DNA from: Bugula neritina
Lineage: Eukaryota > Animalia > Bryozoa
NCBI GenBank assembly: GCA_964035545.1
Contig: CAXIUT010000272.1
Location: forward strand, 1-40,328
DNA length: 40,328 bases
Direction: 5' to 3'
The notes beneath the pieces were generated by a model. That model was not told the origin of the DNA, did not search any database, and worked only from the letters and a program-made list of their open reading frames with translations. The translations under genes and the position numbers were made by a program. This document shows, one piece after another, positions 36,585-40,328 of the stretch. How positions within the stretch are numbered: the first letter of the stretch is position 1; each line of letters opens with the position of its first letter.

Positions 36585-38966
36585 TCAAAAGGGTTTACTT
36601 GTAGAATTAAGGACTTTATTACTGGGAGTATAGCATTTATAAGTTTCTTTAACTGTCTCTGTCTTAACTCTCTCTTTCGTAGGACTATTCTTTCCTTCGG
36701 GGTTAACTTTACTTCCTTCTGAGTATTCGTTAACCTTGAACATGATGTTATTGGAATTACTATTTTGAGAACTAACATACACTGTTGGGTTGATGATTTG
36801 CACTGGTGCGTAGAACTTGTAAGGATTGGGAGCTTTATTCGTGGGAGAGGTCTGTTTTGATAGATAACCTCCTTGCATTCGATTCGCATTGTTGTATTAT
36901 GGAACTTTTTGATAAAATTGAGAACTATTTTGCCAGTTCTGTTGAACAAATTTCTTTTAAGGAGAATTTCTTCCTACTTCCTTCAAACTCTTGAAATCTG
37001 ACTATTGTTATTCAGGTTTATTTGAAGTTTGATTCTGTGTAAAATTATGTTGAAAAATAGCTGATTTTTTCTTAATTAATTGTTGGTTTTGGTTATTTTA
37101 TTATTGATTAAATTTAGTATTATCTTTTCTATCTTCAACTGTTGATTTTGCAAAGTTATTTTGAACCTAATTATTTTGAGTTGGCTATTTATTTTTTTTA
37201 AGATTTTTAAGAAAAGCAGGCATTTTGTCAGCTCTAGGACCTGTTGTCTTTTGATAATTAGGATTAGCTCTCATATTTCCTTTTTCTCCAGTTGATGAGT
37301 TTATATTACTGTAGTCTAATCTATTATGTGCAACTTGACTGGTATAAAATTGGTTTGTTTGGTTTGGATGTGTTTTATAATTTTGTGGATTTCTTCTATA
37401 TTGAGGAGTAAAACTAATACTAACTACTTTAGAACTAATACCAATCCGAGCAAGCCTAAGTTATCTACATGAACAGTTAAGTAGACGATTATAAGTATTG
37501 CTATCATTCATTTTATAAGGTTCAGGATAGCTTTAGTAAAAAAGATTATCATTATTTTTACCAAATTCCATGTTCCTAGATGAAACAGCTCCAGGAGTTA
37601 CTGCATAATTATTAGTCATAATCTTCTAAGACCCTTTCCTATGCATCATTGAATTACCCCAACTACCTTCAACTAAATCTTATCCCCTTTGCATACTATT
37701 TAGTTCATCAATAGGACTGTCTATTTCTTGAGGCATTCGCTTTGATTAATTATGATGATGATGTGAAAAACGTGCAGCCAAGTTAAAGTCTTGCTGTCCT
37801 CCTAGAAAAGGAGTTGGAGCTTGGTTTTCTTCTTAGGGTTAGGAAAAAGCTTATTAATCATTGGAATTATCCATTATTAGTTTTTAAAATTCTTTATGGA
37901 TATCTTAACTACCAGAATTTTTCTTTTTTTTACCAAAATGAAATTTATCTGCATTAGTATTAAATGTAGGAGTTTCTAGATCTATTCCTTTTTATTTAGC
38001 AGCAAATCCTACTTCTAATTATTAAACTTCATCTTCTTATTGACTACTATCAAGCATAAAGTTAAGAAGTTTTACATCACTATCTACTATTCCTTTCTTC
38101 TTTTTATTATTTGAGTTATTATTCTTGTCTACTTTCATCAACATTGACTCAATCATATGCATCTGAACTGATTATTTTATCTATGATTGCTGCTTTTAAG
38201 TCTGCTGTTCACTCTAATTTTAAAAATAATCTCCAACTACAACATTGTTTTCAAGAAAAGCAAGAAATGTTCCTTCCTAGTAAAACAAAAAAAGCTACCC
38301 AAAACTACGATAGCTAAGATCGAAGAACTATATTAAATTAACAGTCCATTCTTCAAGACCTCCCATCGACTTATAGTTATTAGCTTCTTCTACTTCCAGC
38401 CTGAAGAGAATATATCTAAATAGAAGCAAAAAAGTTGTATGAAGGATAGGGTTATGATCTAATATCCATTCAGCACATTTCATTCGATTTACGGTCATTC
38501 TTAAAGATTGCTGTTCCATAAACTGAAGGAACCTGGCAGCGAGTGCTTTCATTTGAAGAGTGTCTATTAGAAAGTCGATATTTTTAATGCAAGTGAAGTC
38601 TACATCAGAAGAAAATAGACAACATTTAAGAGTTTCTAGTAAATAATGTCCTGACTAATTTTATGGATCATTATTACCTCGACATTTGTCTCTATAAAAA
38701 ATAGATAACAAGCTATAGAGAAGCATACTAAGGGACGAATTAGGAGAGGTAAGATTTAGAGTTTTTAGGTTATTAGTAAGTTTGACCATTTTTTGAACTG
38801 CTACCCTGATCGAGTTATTTGGTTAAGGAAAATTTAATGTACGATATTAAGTTAGTTCTCTGTACTATTTTTAATCAGGAAGGATAAGAGAAAAGTACTA
38901 CTTTGGCATAACTTTTAATAAGACTCTTTCCATTTCTTTCATTTCCTCGGTCGAAAGGATGTTCAT
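36585..38966 (-). CDS. Hypothetical protein, 793 aa (helical N-terminal domain, N/S/Q-rich disordered tail)
   Basis: ATG 38966, ORF-track pieces 38328..38552 and 36585..36878 and the terminal TGA share one frame under UAR=Glu. Confidence 0.75.
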
Positions 38967-39166
38967 CAAGTGGCTGTAAGTAAAATTATTAATTTAATAG
39001 AATTAAAAAAGGGAATAAGATTATGATATCAGGAAAGAAAACAAAAATAGATGATAGTAATATATAATAGATAAATAATTATCAAAATGGAGCTTATATT
39101 AGTTTATTGAATATTAATAGAGAAATTGTATGGAATGCGATAAAATTAATTGTATAACTTATCTTA

Positions 39167-40154
39167 ATGCTTCCCAAACTCCAACAAAGCTCACTCGCTC
39201 AATCCCTGCGTAGGGACAACTTGGCTTCCCAAATCCAATGTAACTCTCAAAATACTCAGGCGAAGACCAACTTAAAGGTATCATTGCTAAGCAAAACAAC
39301 GAATGCTTCAAACCCTGGAAAAACCACCACGCTCCCAAAAACCCACACTCGCCTTTCGGAGACTTCCCCAAAGAATATATTCCAAAAGAAAAACTCAAAG
39401 ACACTCATCACGAACCCATCCACGAACATACTCTCTCAGGATCACTTGCCAAACATAACAGAAATGCAGGAAACGGAGGAAAAACCTCTAGTACTCTCTA
39501 AAAAAAAAGTGACTACCAAAAACCTGTCCCCAAATCAGGAGCCTTCGAAAAAAGATAAATAGCAGCCTCAGAATTCAGAAGGTATTACGATAGAGGAGAT
39601 ATGCCCTTCAAAGTAGATCACCAAAACTCACAACCAAAACTTCAATGGAAAGTTCAAGTCGAATCTCTCGATTACCATCACTACTTGCCTATATTCTTTG
39701 ATGGTCTCAGATAAAAACTTGACCCATATCGCAGTTTTTCTATTTTGGGTACTAATGATTTGCTTGAGAAGGGAGGCAATAAAATTCTACCAGTAATTCC
39801 TCAGTTGATTATTCCAATCAAAAGTAAATATCAACTAAATCAGCTGCTCTTAATACAAGAGACCCAGATATCATTTCAACTATGTTGAAGGTTATCCAGA
39901 AACTAGTTCTTTCAGGAGAGATGATCGGCTAGGCTTTAGTTCCTTATTACCGACAGATTCTCCCTATCTTCAATATTTTCAGAAACAACAACAAGAATTG
40001 TGGCGATAAGATAGAATATAACCAAAGAAAAAGAATCAACCTTGGCGATCTCATCAGTGAAACTCTTGAACTCTTGGAGCAAACAGGAGGTGAAGATGCC
40101 TTCATCAACATCAAATATATGATTCCCACCTATGAAAGCTGTGTTTTGAACTGA
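39167..40154 (+). CDS. PACRG: Parkin co-regulated protein (axonemal inner junction), N-terminally extended, 315 aa
   Basis: [26 protein letters not shown](TAA), [21 protein letters not shown](TAG)[26 protein letters not shown]; introns 39240-39259 and 39824-39843. Confidence 0.97.
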
Positions 40155-40274
40155 TGTATGATCAACATGTCTTATCATTATAATTTAACTCAATACTCTA
40201 TCATAAATAATTATCATCAATTATTTTCAACTATAACTATAAATGCCTCCTAAAAGTTTATCTTTCCTTCTAAA

Positions 40275-40328
40275 GGGGTTGGGGTTGGGGTTGGGGGGGT
40301 TGGGGTTGGGGTTGGGGTTGGGGTTGGG
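40275..40328. repeat. Right telomere, (TTGGGG)n
   Basis: G4T2 tandem repeat running to the window end, complementary in orientation to the left end. Confidence 0.98.

Noticed and set aside
40291-40300. Variant telomere unit with G7
   Set aside because: Single occurrence; homopolymer error or sporadic telomerase slip
1-40328. Standard ciliate code (UAR=Gln) or a split code such as UAA=Lys/UAG=Glu
   Set aside because: Both TAA and TAG fall at invariant Glu positions in kinases, TBC and MORN repeats
1-40328. Blastocrithidia-type code (UAR=Glu, UGA=Trp)
   Set aside because: Trp is encoded by TGG throughout, TGA terminates genes, and telomere type and tiny introns are ciliate
1-40328. tRNA, rRNA, CRISPR array or transposon
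   Set aside because: No T-loop/cloverleaf, rDNA, repeat-spacer array or transposase signature noticed by eye; tRNAscan-SE and Infernal were not run

Overview
The window is a complete 40.3-kb telomere-to-telomere ciliate macronuclear chromosome, with (C4A2)n at the left end and (T2G4)n at the right. It is AT-rich and gene-dense, with about 28 genes and 2-3 pseudogenes. The supplied ORF track is fragmented because the organism reads both UAA and UAG as glutamate (peritrich nuclear code, NCBI table 30). UGA is the only stop, and it is also recoded as selenocysteine in a SelW-like gene with a clear 3'-UTR SECIS. Genes carry tiny GTA...AG introns: 24 inferred, 19-25 nt long, 18 of them exactly 20 nt. 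Recognisable products include PDH E1-alpha, a glyoxysomal-type citrate synthase, KGD4/MRPS36, PACRG, an MPG glycosylase, a TBC Rab-GAP, AGC and SNF1/AMPK-like kinases, a 3R-MYB, MORN proteins, and Hook-like and TMEM131-like proteins. One contiguous block (about 8.3-14.4 kb) has many single-base -1 frameshifts in otherwise conserved genes. This is most likely a sequencing artefact, but insertional editing or slippage is testable. All calls come from manual translation and remembered family motifs; no database search was run.
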